Positions 13,135 to 26,574 of a stretch of 64,000 nt of DNA are shown here, piece after piece (positions within the stretch are counted from its first letter, which is position 1; each line of letters begins with the position of its first letter). Under the pieces are notes generated by a model, which ran no database searches, had not been told where the DNA came from, and saw only the letters and a program-made list of their open reading frames with translations. Origin of the DNA: Tenrec ecaudatus (lineage: Eukaryota); contig NC_134541.1 of the NCBI RefSeq assembly GCF_050624435.1, positions 125,022,480 through 125,086,479 on the forward strand, in the 5' to 3' direction. The translations under genes were made by a program, and so were the position numbers.

Positions 13135-16100
13135 TTGATCCATCACAGTCCCAGAAGGGCCTGGTGTGATATTAAGTTTCCGTGAGATGGTTTATGTTCT
13201 TCCAAAGACAAGCTTCAATAACTGAATGTCGCACTAGCTCCTGCCAATACTGTTGTGGATTGAAGGATGTTCCCAGAAAGAAGTGTTGAATTCCTCACCA
13301 CCGCCCCGCCCCGGCCCCACCATTTGCCTGGGAGTGTGACTTTGTTGGAAAATACAGCCTTTGGTGATAATGTGAGGTCATAAGGCACTGGGGTGGGCCT
13401 TAATCCAATGAAGGACAGTTCTTGTGAAAGGGAACAGATCTAGAGAAGCACAGTGGAGAAAGACGGCCATATGGAGATGTCCCAGGAAGCCAAGGAACTC
13501 GAGGAGCACCTGGGAGACCAGCAGATGGAAGGGACAGGACAAATCTTTCCCTAGCACCGATAGGACGGCTCTGCTGATGCCCTGAATTTAGATTTGCCGC
13601 TTCCAGAGATGTCTGCTCTAGTAACACACCTACCAGAAAGCTAATGCAAACAGCAAGGCCTGGTGAGCGTCCCGTGTCGGCGCTCCGTCTCTTAGAGGGG
13701 CGCAGTGCTCTCTTCAACAGGGCTCTAGTGGCCATGGTCTTTGAAACTCCCACCCAAGGAGTGGGTGTGATTATGCAAATCAGGTGCTTCTGACCCATTA
13801 AGGGGACTGGATAGCTTGTCAATCATGTGCATAAGGTGCATCTGTAGAAAGAGACAATGAGCAGCTCATATTCCGACAGCACAAGGGACTCACATGCAAG
13901 TTCAAGTTGAAGCTGAAGAAAACAAAAAGTCCAGGAGAGAGAAAGCACGGCCTCATTTAAAAGACAGAAAAGAAAGGGTCAAAATGAATGTCCGAAGGGC
14001 CTTGGAAGTTGCTCTAGAATGTAGAGCAACTAAAGCAAAAAGAAGAAATGATGACACAAAAGAACTAAACTGATGGCAAAGGGGGGCTTGAGACAAGTCA
14101 AGTGCAATGAAATGTGTCAAGACCTGGAGCTGGAAAACCCAGAGGCAAGTCCACACTCAATGTTTGCAAGCTGAAAGAGCGGAATGGAAAAGTCAAGCCA
14201 TGAGTTGCAATATTGAAGGATCTTCTACTGCTGTGCTTGTTGTTAGGTGCTGTCAAGTTGGTTCTGAGGCATAGAGACCCGATGTGAACCAAGGAAACAT
14301 GACCCGGGTCCTTTGCTTGAATCGTAAACTTCCCTAATAAATGGCACAGCCTTTTTACTCCTCTGTGACGCCAGCTGTCCGCCTCCTGCTGGGCTTGATC
14401 ATTTGTTGCAGCAGCTACAGGACTCACGGGGAATATTCATGGCTGAGGCATTTAGTAGGGAAGTTAACAGTTTGCCATTCAGGACGAAAGCCATTCAGGG
14501 TACCGTCCTTTGATGAGAACAGCCCCTTTGTAACAGTCCCTGCAAGACGCTGCAGTGACGTGAAAATACTCGGCATGACTCTTCCATAGCTTTGAATTTC
14601 CCATCAAATGCCTAGGTGGGAACATGCAAATAAGGTCTGGAAGACTCTCACTCTGGAATTGGTCCACTTTGTCAATCCACTGAGTATAAAGCAAGCCCTT
14701 TCAGAAGCAGGAATCGAGAATCCCATGACCACCCACCTCCACGATCTTCACAGGAAGTAATGGAGCTGTAGCAGAGGCACTTCTGCCCACAGTCCCGAGA
14801 CTCAGAGCAGCAGGCCTCCTGTGCCTGGGAATGAGTAAAGCTGAGTGCCTTCAGGCAGGAGACTGGCTTGCAGAGTAGGGTGACCTTTGGGCATTTATCA
14901 ATGTTAAGGAGCTTTGTGACACTTGCTTGAGCAAGGCTCCGATCAAGGGGCCACGTGGCTGAGAGGCCAAGGATTGAGAGAAGCATCCGTCCTGCCATGG
15001 TTGAGAAAAGGCGCTGTGGACAAAAGAACTGTATCCTTATTATTTTCTGATCTTGACTTGTAAACGGTTAACTTCCCTAATCTACCCCACATGCATGGGT
15101 CCTGTCTGTGACTTGTGTGTGGCCTTTGTAACAGACGACCAGACCCAACAGAGAAGTGGAGTGCCATGGGAGGGGCGCCTGGTGTCAGCGTAAGGAAAGG
15201 ACATTGGGGAGTGGAGACAATCCTGACCTCTGCCTCGTAGGAATAATCCTTGAACTGATGTGGGCTTGGATTCTCCTTCCCCCCTATCACCTGAGGAGGG
15301 CAAATGTGGTCCCCAGGTAAGTTCCTCACACCCTCAGGTCCTCGGCCTCTCTCAGCACCTTGACCTCTACAAGCTCTTTGACTCTGCTGATAAATGCCTA
15401 AGGAAGTGCCTGGAGGAGCCCACTCAGCCAACAAGCTCATGCCAAAGGCGCCTGGCTTTCTCACTCTCCCCTTTAGGAAGCCCTTGGCCTCTGTGTCTCG
15501 CACTCAGTTCGGCTGCCATGTCCCCATCACTTCTTTTCACCATCTCTTTCCCTCTCTGGTACCACGGCTCGCTGCCCCCTGTACCGCGGAGCCTCAGCGC
15601 ATGGGTCCTGCTTCCAATAGACGGGCTCCGCTCTTGGCTGTTCACGGCTCTTCTTTCTTGACAATAGTGAGAGCCTCCCCTTCCGCCTCTGGGGTGACTC
15701 CTCTTGGACCAATCCCCTCATTGAGTTCCATACACCTTGTTTGCACGGGCTCACCTCACAAAGGGGCCCTGAGCCTTATTCACCTTATGAGCAAGCTGTC
15801 TAATCCAGTCGGTGAACCACAAGCATCTCACATTTGCATAGTCCTACCCAGTCATTTGATGGAAGTCACAAGGACTGTAGCAGAAGGGCCACATGGCCGT
15901 GATTCATGGCATGGCAGATACTATGACATTCTTCAAGCTGTACATCCATTCTCTCTGTCCCTGTCCCCAAATTGCCTCCATTAACATAAACTCACTGACC
16001 CCTAAGCAAAAACTCGCCCTCTTTTCCCTCCTTTCCTTTCTGGCAACCAGTAATAATGTGGGTTTTTTATATATTTGTTATTTTATATAAGTGAGATCAT

Positions 16101-19100
16101 GATAGTATTTGTCCTTTTACGACCCGCTTATTTTAGTTAACATGATATTTTATCCAGGTGTGTACCATGGACTTCAGTTCTGTTTATGATTAATATTCCA
16201 TTACACACCCACATATTGTGGTAGTTACATAATCTCCTGTCAACTCGAGGGTATTAAGAGTGAAGGGGTGGGGTTTGGCTTGTAAATCAGGTCACAGCCT
16301 GATGATGCCCCCTTGTGGGCATGGCCTTCTCATGTGGATTCTGGGAACTTCCTCTCTGCCGTCACCTCCCTGTTGACAAGCCACACTTCACCCTCCTGTT
16401 GATGAGCCACTTTGAGCCAAAGCCCTGGAGATGTGCCCACCCCCATTGGAGCGACAAGACTTTGTAACTGCTGGTCTGTGAGCTTCCTACATTCTGCATT
16501 GTGTATGGCTGTGTGAGTCCAAAGAAGAATTTTTGGACTAATATGGAACTTATGGGCTAATATGGGACTTGATCTGGGGTATGGGTTGAGATGTTTTCTT
16601 TTTGCGGAGGGATGTTTTCTTAATATGCAATTGCTCTTTGATATAAAGCTCTTTCTTATGCATATATGAGTGTCCCTGGATTTGTTTCTCTAGTCAACCC
16701 AGCCTAAACACACACACACACACATTTTATTTATTAATCCATTGATGGACATTTCAGTTGTTTCTACCTTTTGGCTATTGAGGAAAATGTTGCAATTCAC
16801 ATTGTGCTCCTGCTTCCCAGTCAGTTGGGTATATACGTCACAGTAGGCTTATTGAATCATGTGGTGTTCAACTTTTTGTTTTTTGGTGGGTTTTTTTTTT
16901 GGTGCTGAAACCTGGGACCGCACCAAAAGCTACGCCTCGACTCTTTAAAGAACTGATCAACTCTTCCAGTTTAGAGCCCTCCAGTGGTGAATGAGTGTTT
17001 CACTTTCTCCACAAACTCGCCCTCACTAGTTGTTGGATTATTGCGTTCTAATAGGGATAAGCTTGGATCTCACTGTGGGTTCTGATTTGCATCTTCCTAA
17101 AGTAAGGTGATGAGACGTCCTGCTTTTGGTGGGACAGTCCTGATTTTTAACAATTTTTCCCATGTCCCATGGTGTTTTTAAAAAGTCCCAATTTTTGGAA
17201 AGAATGCATGACAAGCTAGGGTATACGGTGTTCAGCTGCCACGTGGCTATTTCCCAGGATATGAGTTTTATCAATGGTGTCCCGCTTTACCAATGTTGGA
17301 ATCTGGTCACCTTAAGGCCTGCAGTTCAAACATCTTAGCCGGTCCATACTAGAAAGATGTGGCCACGCACTGTCAAGATTGACAGCCTTGGAAACAATAC
17401 GGGGCAGTTCAGCTCCGACTTAGAGGGTTTCTTTGAGTTAGGGTCAACTCAAACGCAACACGTTAGGGGAGGTGGGGTAGAATGTGGGGCATCGAGGAGA
17501 GATTTGAACTGTTGAATGTGCAGGGGATGGTCTGAAATGTAAACTCCCCCCACCCCCGCCTAATTCACAATTTAAAATTATTAAAAATAAACAACCCAAC
17601 AGGTTAATGACGAATGAGGTTGAGCATCCTTTCATGTGTTTGTTGGTCATTTGAATATGCTTGTTGGTGAACTATTGATTGAAATCCTTTGCTCATTTTT
17701 TCAATTGGGTTGTACATCTTTGTTATTGAGTGTAAAGTATTTTATACATTTAGACCTTGTTGACAACTTCTCCCCATCTCGATTATTTTTTCACTTTTTT
17801 CTTTTGCTTTCATTTTTATTGCCTTTTGCGATCGGTATCTATATAAATTTTGTCTTTGGGAGCTAGAAACATCACACATACAAACTTACAAATAGAATGA
17901 CACCAGCCAATTGCATGTTGCAACATTGTAAATAGTACATATGACCAACAGTAAGATTTTTTTAAAGATGGTTGTAAATGTAATTCATTGGAACTCAAAT
18001 ACAATGTAAGTCGGTGGCCTGTGTTTGATTTTTATGAGGTCCTGTATATTCATCTTTTTGCTATCTGAAAGCCCATCACACACACTTAGATCCCACAGCC
18101 TCGCCCTGCATTGCCTTCTAAGTACTTGATAGTTTTAGCTTCCATGCTTCGGTCCTTGATTCACTGAGTTGGCTGTGTGTCCTGTGAGGCTTGGTCTCAT
18201 TCTGATTCTCATTTATTGAAGACTTTCGCTCTCCTACTGGATGGACTTAGCACACTTGTTGAAATTCAACTCACCATCCATGTGTGGATTCTGTTCTGGA
18301 TTCTGTTCTATGCCATTAGCCCGTAGGTCTATTATTACACCAGGCCCATGCTGTTTTAACTACAGTGGCTTTGTAGTGTGCTTTGAAATCAGGATGTGGG
18401 GGTCTCACTTCATTTTTAAAGATTGCTTTAGCGAGTTGGAGTCCTTACCCTCTCACATAAATTTGAAGATTGGTTTTTACATTTATGCCAAGAAAACGGT
18501 GGGAATTTTAAGGGGGATTACATGGCATTCATAGATTTGCCTTGGTTATTATCGACATGTTGAGCATAGTAATCCTTCCAATCCACAAGCCTGAACTGCC
18601 TTTTTATTTAGGTTTTCTTTCATTCCTCTCAGTGAAATTTTATAAATTTCTGGGTACGTCTCTCACCTTCCTGAATTTCTTCTTTGGTACTTCTTTTACA
18701 TGACATTGTGCGTGTCGTGTTTCCTTGATCACCCCCATGTGCCAAAGACCCAACTGCTATCAAGGTGAACTTTATGCCCTGCCTCCAGGCGGGATTCATT
18801 TCGAACAGCTTTTTGATGACTGGCGGGTGGGGGAGGAGGGGGTGTCTGGGTATTTGGAGATGGAGTTATATACAGGAGTGTGTCATCTGTGAAAAAGAGG
18901 TTTTCCCATTCAACTGCGGATACTTGTGTCCCCCATCGTTCTGGCTGGGTCATAGGGACCCACGTTGGAAAGCAGCGGTGACCGTTCGCATCTTTGCCAT
19001 GGTGGTCTTCCCGGGTGAGCTGTAAGCTTTTCATAAAGAGGAAGTTGCCCTTTATCCCTCTTTGCTCCTCCTCATCAAAGGCTGTTGAATTTCATGAAAT

Positions 19101-19788
19101 GCCTTTTCTATATCGATCCGGACGGTCATGTGGTTCAAAGCTGCTACCACCACCTGGTTGTTGGGTAGGGAACGGAATACATTCCCGCCATGTGTCTACA
19201 GAACCCAGCCTGGCAGCCCAGAGAGCCACTCAGCTCCTAACGTGGCCAGTCATTTCCTGGGTTTGGGAGGCCACCTGAGGACCTGCACGTCCATGAGCTG
19301 CCCTTGAAGGTGCCAGGCATGACAGCAGGTGGCGCCAAAGGGGCCTCCCAAATGTTGGCCAGGTGGGGGACAGGGATGGGGGGTGGGCAGTGAGGTTAGA
19401 GCTCCAGGAGGCCATCTGTTGGGCAGCAGAAGGACTGGGCAGTGAGAAGTTGCCAGTTCAGGAGCCCTCCCGAAGGAGCTAGCAGACAGGCCTCCTCCTG
19501 GCCGCAGCACTCTCTCCCCCACGGAGGACTACCTACCAGAAGGGCGGGTCTGGCTTAATAGGTAAGGCTTTGGAGGGTGACTGATTAGTCTTCTCGCTGC
19601 CTCAGCTTCCTCTCCATGTAACAATAAGCGTAGTTCCCTGTACTTCTCGCGATTTCAGCAGTACTCCCCCCACCATTAAGGAGCCCTGGTGGCGCTGTCA
19701 AGATCAGTGGTTCAAGCCCACTTGCCGCACCAAGGGAGAAAGGGGACACTGCTCCTGTAAAACTCACAGCCTCAGAAACCCTGTCGAG

Positions 19789-19982
19789 CAGCGGTTCTCA
19801 ACCTTCCTCCTGCTGCCACCCTTGAATACAGTTCTTCATGCTGTGGTGAACCCCCAACCATAAAAAGATTTTCGTTGCTACTTTATAAACTGTCATTTTG
19901 CTACTGTTAGGAATTGGGCGTCCCCTGTAAAAGGGTCGTTCCACCCCCCCACAGGGGTCGTGACCCACAGGGTGAGAACCGC
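19789..19982 (+). mobile_element. SPIN-like hAT MITE copy 4, about 85 bp downstream of the MVP poly(A) site
   Basis: TIRs cagcggttctcaacc...gggtgagaaccgctg. Confidence 0.8.
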
Positions 19983-20087
19983 TGGTGTAGAAGGTTTCTC
20001 TGCGTCAGAATTGACTCCAAGGGAGTGGGTCCCCAGCACTAAGCTTTTACCTAAAAGAAAAAGATGGAAATGCTCAGAAATGTCCGC

Positions 20088-20093
20088 TTTATT
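20088..20093 (-). terminator. MVP: AATAAA polyadenylation signal of MVP, about 20 nt past the stop; cleavage expected near 20065-20075
   Basis: Minus-strand sequence after the stop reads ...TAGCTCTGTCCTGCACTGACAAATAAAGCGGACATTTCTGAGCATTTCC. Confidence 0.7.
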
Positions 20094-20111
20094 TGTCAGT
20101 GCAGGACAGAG

Positions 20112-20330
20112 CTAAGGCACAATGTGGTCACTTTCCACAGCTGGAGCGGAAGGAGGGCCCTGGAGAAGCAAGCCTTTTTGCGGTTTGGGTCCGCCAGCCA
20201 TCTTCTTGCCTTGAGGCTGGGCCTCCGCACCCACCCCCAGCAGACCCAAGGCGGTGCTGAAGAGGTTGATGGGAGTGGAGCCATCGGTGATGAGGGTTGA
20301 CTGCAGGCCCAGGCTCTGGAGCAGTTTAAC
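20112..20330 (-). CDS. MVP: MVP terminal coding exon 14: [72 protein letters not shown]
   Basis: Acceptor ctccctccag|GTTAAACTG. The exon is 219 nt in frame and ends in TAG at 20112-20114. Confidence 0.9.
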   Translation of the reverse strand, partial: VKLLQSLGLQSTLITDGSTPINLFSTALGLLGVGAEAQPQGKKMAGGPKPQKGLLLQGPPSAPAVESDHIVP

Positions 20331-20682
20331 CTGGAGGGAGAGAGGAGGGGGGGTGGGGGGACAAGAAGATGGGGGTCAACAGATCAGCCAGTGACAGAGG
20401 CAGAGCACCAGGCAGCCTTGGGGGTGGGGTGGGGGGTACCTCCCACACCATCATCTCATCTCGCCCCTGCTGGACTTCCTTTGAAGCACCTGTCACAGAC
20501 TGATGCTGCTCCCTGGTTTGCTAGCTCGCCTGCCCTGCGCTCGCTCCCTGCCTGGCCCAGCACAGGGGCCGGCTCCTGGCTCCCGGGCAGCAGGCGTTTG
20601 AGCGCAATCCCGTGCTCAGAGGATGAGGGATACTACAGGAGCATTTTCATGGCTTTCCTTACTCAGTGATGTTCTGACGTCA

Positions 20683-21099
<417 letters not shown>

Positions 21100-21582
21100 T
21101 TAAGCACGACGACTGGTTAGTCCACCTTTTGGCTAGTGAGTGAGGAACCTCTCCTCAGAGCCCTCCATCTGCCAGACCACAAGACCCCTACCTTGATAGA
21201 GGTTGCAAGCAGTAAATCAGACCATGCAGGTAAAAATACATGCAATACTTAGTCCACAGCCAGCTAATGTTTGACTGCTCTTCTGGCCAACACGTATAAT
21301 AATCTTTCCCTTTGAGGATGAAATGAACTCAATCCATATAAGGCAAAGGACTTTGTAAAATACAAATAGTTGAATCGGACTTTTTTTATTCCATTTTTTA
21401 TTTTGTGAATTGTGTTGGGGTTTTACATTTCAGATAATCAACTTGTATTTAATGATTTAAACTACTTATCAAAGCCTTCCAATAGCTTATCTTGTCCCCC
21501 CCCCTCCCCCCGAATTGTTTTCCTCTCTTGTGGACTACTATCTTCCCCTTTTTTCAGGGTAATACCTGGCAACCCTCTAGCC

Positions 21583-21775
21583 CAGAGGCTCTCAACCTGT
21601 GGGTCTCGACCCCTTTGGGGGCCCAACGACCCTTTCAGACGGATCGTCCAATTCATCGCAGTGGCAAAATGACAGTGATGAAGTAGCAACGGAAATAATT
21701 TTATGGTTGAGGGGTCACCACCACATGAGGAGCTGTATGATAGGGTCGTGGCATCAGGAAGGTGGAGGACCTCTG
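21583..21775 (-). mobile_element. SPIN-like hAT MITE copy 5 (opposite orientation), in the MVP intron between coding exons 12 and 13
   Basis: Begins cagaggctctcaacctgtgggtctcgacccctttggggg and ends aggaaggtggaggacctctg. Confidence 0.75.
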
Positions 21776-22019
21776 ATGTATATGCAGGCTGACTCTCCTT
21801 TGAGGAATTAGCCAATGCGGTAGTTACATCGTCTGTTGTCAATGTGAGACTGAAGAGTGAAGGGGTGGAGGTTAGCCTGTCCATCAGGTTGCAGCTTGAT
21901 GACCACGTTTGGAGGTGCTAAGGAGATGAACAGCTCGCTGGATGTGGGGCACACACTTCCTCCCTGCGAGGCATGCTTGCTGCCAAGACGCATGGAGCTA
22001 TGCTAGAGCCCTGGAGCTG

Positions 22020-22300
22020 AAGAAGCCACGTGGAGATCCCGGCCAGCGCTGAGATGCTTCTGCCGCCACTGGATCCCCAAGACTTTCCACCCACTGGCCT
22101 GTGATCTTCTGCATTCAGCGTCATTGCATGTATTTCAGGAGTCTGAAGAGGACGTTATAGATTGATGTTGGACATGTGGGCTAATATCAGACTTATGGAC
22201 TTGATCTAGTCTGGGCTATTTTCTCAATATTCAATTCCTCTTTGATATAAAACTCTCTCTTACACACACATCTCCATGGGTCTGTTTCTCTAGTCTACCC
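22020..22300 (+). mobile_element. Interspersed repeat family Z (LTR-like; '...ccagcgctgagatgcttc...ctctttgatataaaactctctcttac...gtttctctagtctacc')
   Basis: Copies at 16440-16700, 51280-51560, 59030-59340 and 59870-60150 in the same orientation, and at 55080-55400 in reverse. This copy is in the MVP intron between coding exons 12 and 13. Confidence 0.55.
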
Positions 22301-23373
22301 GGGCTCCCACAACCATACCTTGAGCATCTCTAACCTACGGAGCTCGGTGTCCAGCCCTGGTGAGGGCAATGTCCTGCTGCTAGTCCTCTGGTTCTCACCG
22401 GGTCCACCCCCTCCTTGTCTGGGAGCCCCTCTGCCACCTGCCCACCCTGGGTAACCCCACTGCTCTTGGATGCTTCCAGCATGAAAAGCCAGCAGGGTGG
22501 CTCTGTGAACGACTGACAAAACAGACTTTACGATCACGCCAGAGTGTAAGCCGAGTGCCAGAGAACATGGTGCTGAAGTCAAGGAGCCATGACTGTTGGT
22601 GGTCTCTTGGAGGACCTGGAATGACTGGGAAGGCTCTTCAGTTCGGGCCTGCAGTCTGAGCAGAGGTCAAACTTTGTGGCTGGGTGGATCAGGGAAGCTA
22701 GAGAGCCCAGCTTCCGGTGAGGGCTGAGAGTCGAGGCTCTAGGCTGGTTCGTGGCTCGGTGACTGCCTTCGCCACTCCTCGCTGTGTGGGGGCCCAAGTT
22801 ACGTTCTCTGGCTCATCTTGGCGTCTACTCGAAACTCATCTTCCAAGTCAGCCCCCGCTGAACAATCTCAGAGCACCTTCGCCCATCAGCCATCCCAGCC
22901 TCAACCTTCAATGAGTGGGGCAGCCTCAACCTTCAACACATGGGGCAGCAGCCCATGGAGGCCGTAGAGGACCCTGTTTAAGCGCAAAGACGGTGGAGCC
23001 AGACCTTCCCAGATTTGAATCCGCTTACTTGCATCTGACGCGGGGCAAGCCATTTCAACCCGTGAGCTTGCGTGACAGAGAACAACACCCCCACCTCGTG
23101 GGGCTGTTGTAATGCTTCCATGAATACATTCCTCTGCATTCTGAAGTCCTCGGGAAGTCGAAGGCTCAATACCAGGCTGAGCGTAAGCTCCTTGAGAGGA
23201 GGCAGCGGTCTGTCTGAGCTACCACGACCCTGTTCTCATCAAACTTTGACTTCCTGGGAGACGGCAGTATCTCTTACAGGTGGGTGGGCACGGGGATAAA
23301 CACAGGCAAAGAATCCCCCTGAGTGCCTGGCAGTGAGCTCCCTCCCTCTGCCCACGGCCTGCCTTCCACGCAC

Positions 23374-23500
23374 CGTCTCAATGGCCAGCGCCTCCGCTTT
23401 CAGCTTGGCCTGCAGCACGGAGCCCTCTCCCTCGATGCGCGCCGCCTCTGCGCGGGACTCGGCCTCCGCCTTGGCAGTCCCTGTGCTCTCCACAGCCGTG
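23374..23500 (-). CDS. MVP: MVP coding exon 12: (S)[42 protein letters not shown]
   Basis: Acceptor cctccaccag|CACGGCT and donor GAGACG|gtgcgt. Confidence 0.9.
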
Positions 23501-23658
23501 CTGGTGGAGGAGGTGAGCCCGGTCAGGGGGGGCCCGGAGGAGGAGGGTGGCTCCTCCTCCCCAGCCTCCACTGAGGCGGGCGGTAACAGCTCCCATCCCC
23601 ACCGCACCCGGCTGCCTTTCCAAGACCCTCAGCCCCCAGCCAGCCTGCTCGCACCCAC

Positions 23659-23775
23659 CTCAGAGCTTCTAACTCCAGAAGTTCCCTGCGAGCCTTTTCA
23701 GCTTCTGATTGGTCCAAGATCTTCTGCCTCTCAAGTCGGCCCCGGGCTTCTTGCTCTAGTCTCTGAGCTTCATGC
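23659..23775 (-). CDS. MVP: MVP coding exon 11: (K)[38 protein letters not shown](S)
   Basis: Acceptor ctcctcttcag|GCATGAAG and donor CTCTGAG|gtgggt. Confidence 0.9.
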
Positions 23776-24424
23776 CTGAAGAGGAGAGGGGCTGGTAAGA
23801 GACGTGGCAAATGACCAAGGGACCCATACCACCTCCCATCTGTCTGCCGTTCAGGACACAGCCTGCCGAAGGAAGGCCCTGAAGGCCAAGGGGGCTGGGC
23901 CCCGGGAGCGAGGCCTGATAGAGGCTCTGAGGCTGACCGCGTGCCTCCCGGTGGGGACGAGAGTCGACAGGACTTAGACAGTGAAGACTGTGAGATGCCG
24001 GAACATGGCTTGAAGGTAGAAGACTGGGAGATGCTGGAACATGGCTGGGCAAAGAACACTGCCTTCCTGCGGGGGCCACCTGCGGGCTGAGGCTGACGGG
24101 TTCAGGGAGCACAGAGGAAGCTGGCTGTGCACACAGCCGGAGAGGGAGGACAAGCTGGCATTTGGGAGCAGAAAGGAGTCAGAGAGATGGCAGCTTGTAC
24201 GCTAGGGCAGAAGGGGCAGAGATAGATTTTGGGGGGCTGGGGGAAGGGGCGCGTAGGTGGCCCAGAAAGGGTCTGGGGTCTTATTGTGAGCAGCCTGGGA
24301 TGCCATCTGAATCACAAGGTGTCTGCTGCCCATTGGGGCACAGGAGGCCCCCGCCCTGGCAGGGGACAGTCACGGGGACCTGTGGGGCCCATTCTGGCCT
24401 GCAGCCAGCTCCGGCCCCACTCAC

Positions 24425-24814
24425 TTGGCAGCTGCCTCCTGGGAGTTGGTGGTGATCTCGATAGCCAGCTGGACGCTGCGCTGGAGAGCATCCCGGGTCC
24501 TCTGGTCCACAGGCTCCACGGACTGCACGTCCACGCTGCTGACCACCAGCCCGTTCTGTGGGAAGACGGTCCGGTCCCGGGGCTTGGGCAGGGAGATGCT
24601 GCCATCGGCCTCCTTGGCTCCCAGGGTCTCGAAGCCGAAGACGGCAGTGCGGATGATCCGGGCAGAATTCTTGTGGAAGTCATCGAAGGTGACGGAGGCC
24701 ACGGCCCCCCGCACCCGGGAGGCAATGGCCTTGCAGGCGTCCCCCACAAAGTCAGGCACGGAGAAGAGCTTGGCTGCCTCTTGGGGGTTCTTCCAGTCAC
24801 TGAGTTCAAAGTGC
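24425..24814 (-). CDS. MVP: MVP coding exon 10: (W)[129 protein letters not shown](K)
   Basis: Acceptor ctgctcacag|GCACTTTG and donor GCCAA|gtgagt. Track ORF 24421..24759 matches. Confidence 0.93.
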
Positions 24815-25089
24815 CTGTGAGCAGAGGGGCTTCCTAGAGCAGCCGTTCCCCTCAGGAAGGACCGCTACCCTCCCCCAGGCGTTTCTAATAAGAGGATGCT
24901 GGCTGGTGCCAGGCATGGCCTAAGAAACATACCTAATCCGCATCGCCCTCCTGTAAGGTGGGCATAAGCAACAGCCTCATGTACAGAAGACAAGCTATGT
25001 GACCAGCCAGATGTCACCCAGTAGGTATCTATCTCGTCAGGCATTCGGGTTTGAGAGTCTGTGTTCTGATCATGTGCCCAAAACACAGA

Positions 25090-25500
25090 AACAAAACAAA
25101 AAAACACCCTCCCCAACCTCAGGGCCATCGAGTCCACGCCGACTCACCGAACCCTAGAGGACAGGGTGGAAGTGCCCCTGTGGGTTTCTGAGATTAACTC
25201 TCGATGGGAATAGAGAGCCTCGAGTTTCTCCTTCGGAGTGGCTGGGGGTTTTGAACTGCTGATCTGTGGTCAGCAGCCCGCTGTGTAACCTTTACTCCTG
25301 CCAGGGCTCCTCTATCACGCCCTAAACCCAACTCCCGGCTGTTAAGTCGATGCCGACCCTGAGCAACCCTTTAGGACGGGGTCGAACGGCCCATGTGAGT
25401 CCCCGAGCTCGTCGTAGAAAATCCCATCTTTCTCCCAGGGAGCAGCTGGTGGTGTTGAATTCCAGAGCTTTGGGATCGCAGCCCAACACGTCACCACTGC
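25090..25500 (-). mobile_element. Two tandem AfroSINE-type SINEs (reverse) in the MVP intron between coding exons 9 and 10
   Basis: ...gggccatcgagtccacgccgactcaccgaaccctagaggacagggtggaagtgcccctgtgggtttctga... and ...gttaagtcgatgccgaccctgagcaaccctttaggacggggtcgaacggcccatgtgagt... Confidence 0.6.
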
Positions 25501-26050
25501 GCAGACGAGGTTTCTGACTGTGTCAGCACCCCAGGTGCCTCAGCCAAGGGGGGTCGGGGGGGGGGGAGACCTGTGTTTGGGAACTGTCCAGGGTTATTTC
25601 TGTTTGTGATTAATCTCCTCGGATTCCAACAGCTGGCGCTGGGTTCCAGTTCTGTATGAAGCACCGCCCTCAGTCTCATTGCAATCGTCTCAGCAATCCT
25701 GTGCTGTAGGCTCTGAGGCCGTGCCCACTTTGCAGATAGGAAAACACTGGCAGAGCTGGGTGGGGGCTCCGTGTGCTCCGGCTCAGCCCACGCCCCCGGT
25801 TTGCGTCCATTAACCTTTTAAGAACCTTACACAAGAGTGTCTGAACGGCTGCCTGAGAGAGTTCAGGATCCCGGCCTCTGCCGGTCATCACACTGGATGG
25901 GCATATGCCTCCCTGCTCCCTGAGCTTCCCTCTTGGTTGATCTTGCTCCCCCTGTGAGGCCAGCATGGCAGGGTGCGGCTCTCTTCCTCGGGGGTCTCCT
26001 GGGATGACACCGGAATCCCTCCCCCACAACCCCTGGCCCTCGCCCCTTAC

Positions 26051-26248
26051 CAGTTGTAGGCCAGCTGCAGCTGCAGCCGGGCGTGGTCCGCGGTCTCAAT
26101 GGTGATGACGTCCGTGAAGAAATCGGGCCCCAGCAGCAGGCAGAGCGCCCGGCGGGAGTGAGGACGCTTGGGCCGCCCAGCCGAGAGGGACAGCACCGTG
26201 AACTGTTCCTCGGGCCCCAGGGACACCAGCTCGGGCCCAAAGACCACG
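26051..26248 (-). CDS. MVP: MVP coding exon 9: (R)[65 protein letters not shown](W)
   Basis: Acceptor ctgcctgcag|CGTGGTC and donor AACTG|gtaagg. Confidence 0.92.
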
Positions 26249-26329
26249 CTGCAGGCAGAGCCTGGAGTCAGACACCTCCAAGGAGAGGCCACCCCCAGCG
26301 CCCTGCCCGCCCCTTGTTCCCGGGCTCAC

Positions 26330-26574
26330 CGAGCTTTCTTCTCCCTGTAGTCATACACCTGCACGGCGGCGTTGTGAGGGACCCGGTAGGTGACCACACG
26401 GGTCTTGTTCCGGGAGATTAATGGCTGATGGGCGCTGGTCAGCGTATTCTGACCCCGGTCGGCCAGGGGGTCTTGCCCTTTGCTAAGCAGCTCCTCCACG
26501 CCAGAAGGCAGCTCCTTCTCCCACAGGACCTCATCCTGCGTGAGCATGTACGTGCTTCCGATCACGGCGCGCAC
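26330..26574 (-). CDS. MVP: MVP coding exon 8: [81 protein letters not shown](R)
   Basis: Acceptor cctctcccaag|GTGCGC and donor GCTCG|gtgagc (phase 2). Confidence 0.92.

Noticed and set aside
14943-15984. 186-aa and 196-aa ORFs in unique-looking sequence downstream of MVP
   Set aside because: There is no start context, no splice-compatible structure and no recognisable family. Both overlap each other on opposite strands and are most likely chance ORFs in GC-moderate DNA.
1-20000. Search for CDIPT exons downstream of MVP and PAGR1 exons upstream (44100-64000)
   Set aside because: No recognisable peptide motifs were found by eye or in the ORF track. This is reported as an absence in the findings rather than as features.
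24229-24837. Long plus-strand ORFs (24229..24837, 24425..24820, 26083..26421, 27401..27967, 27615..28196 and others) overlapping MVP exons
   Set aside because: They are antisense read-throughs of GC-rich MVP exons and introns, with no start context and low-complexity Gly/Pro/Arg-rich products. They are artefacts.
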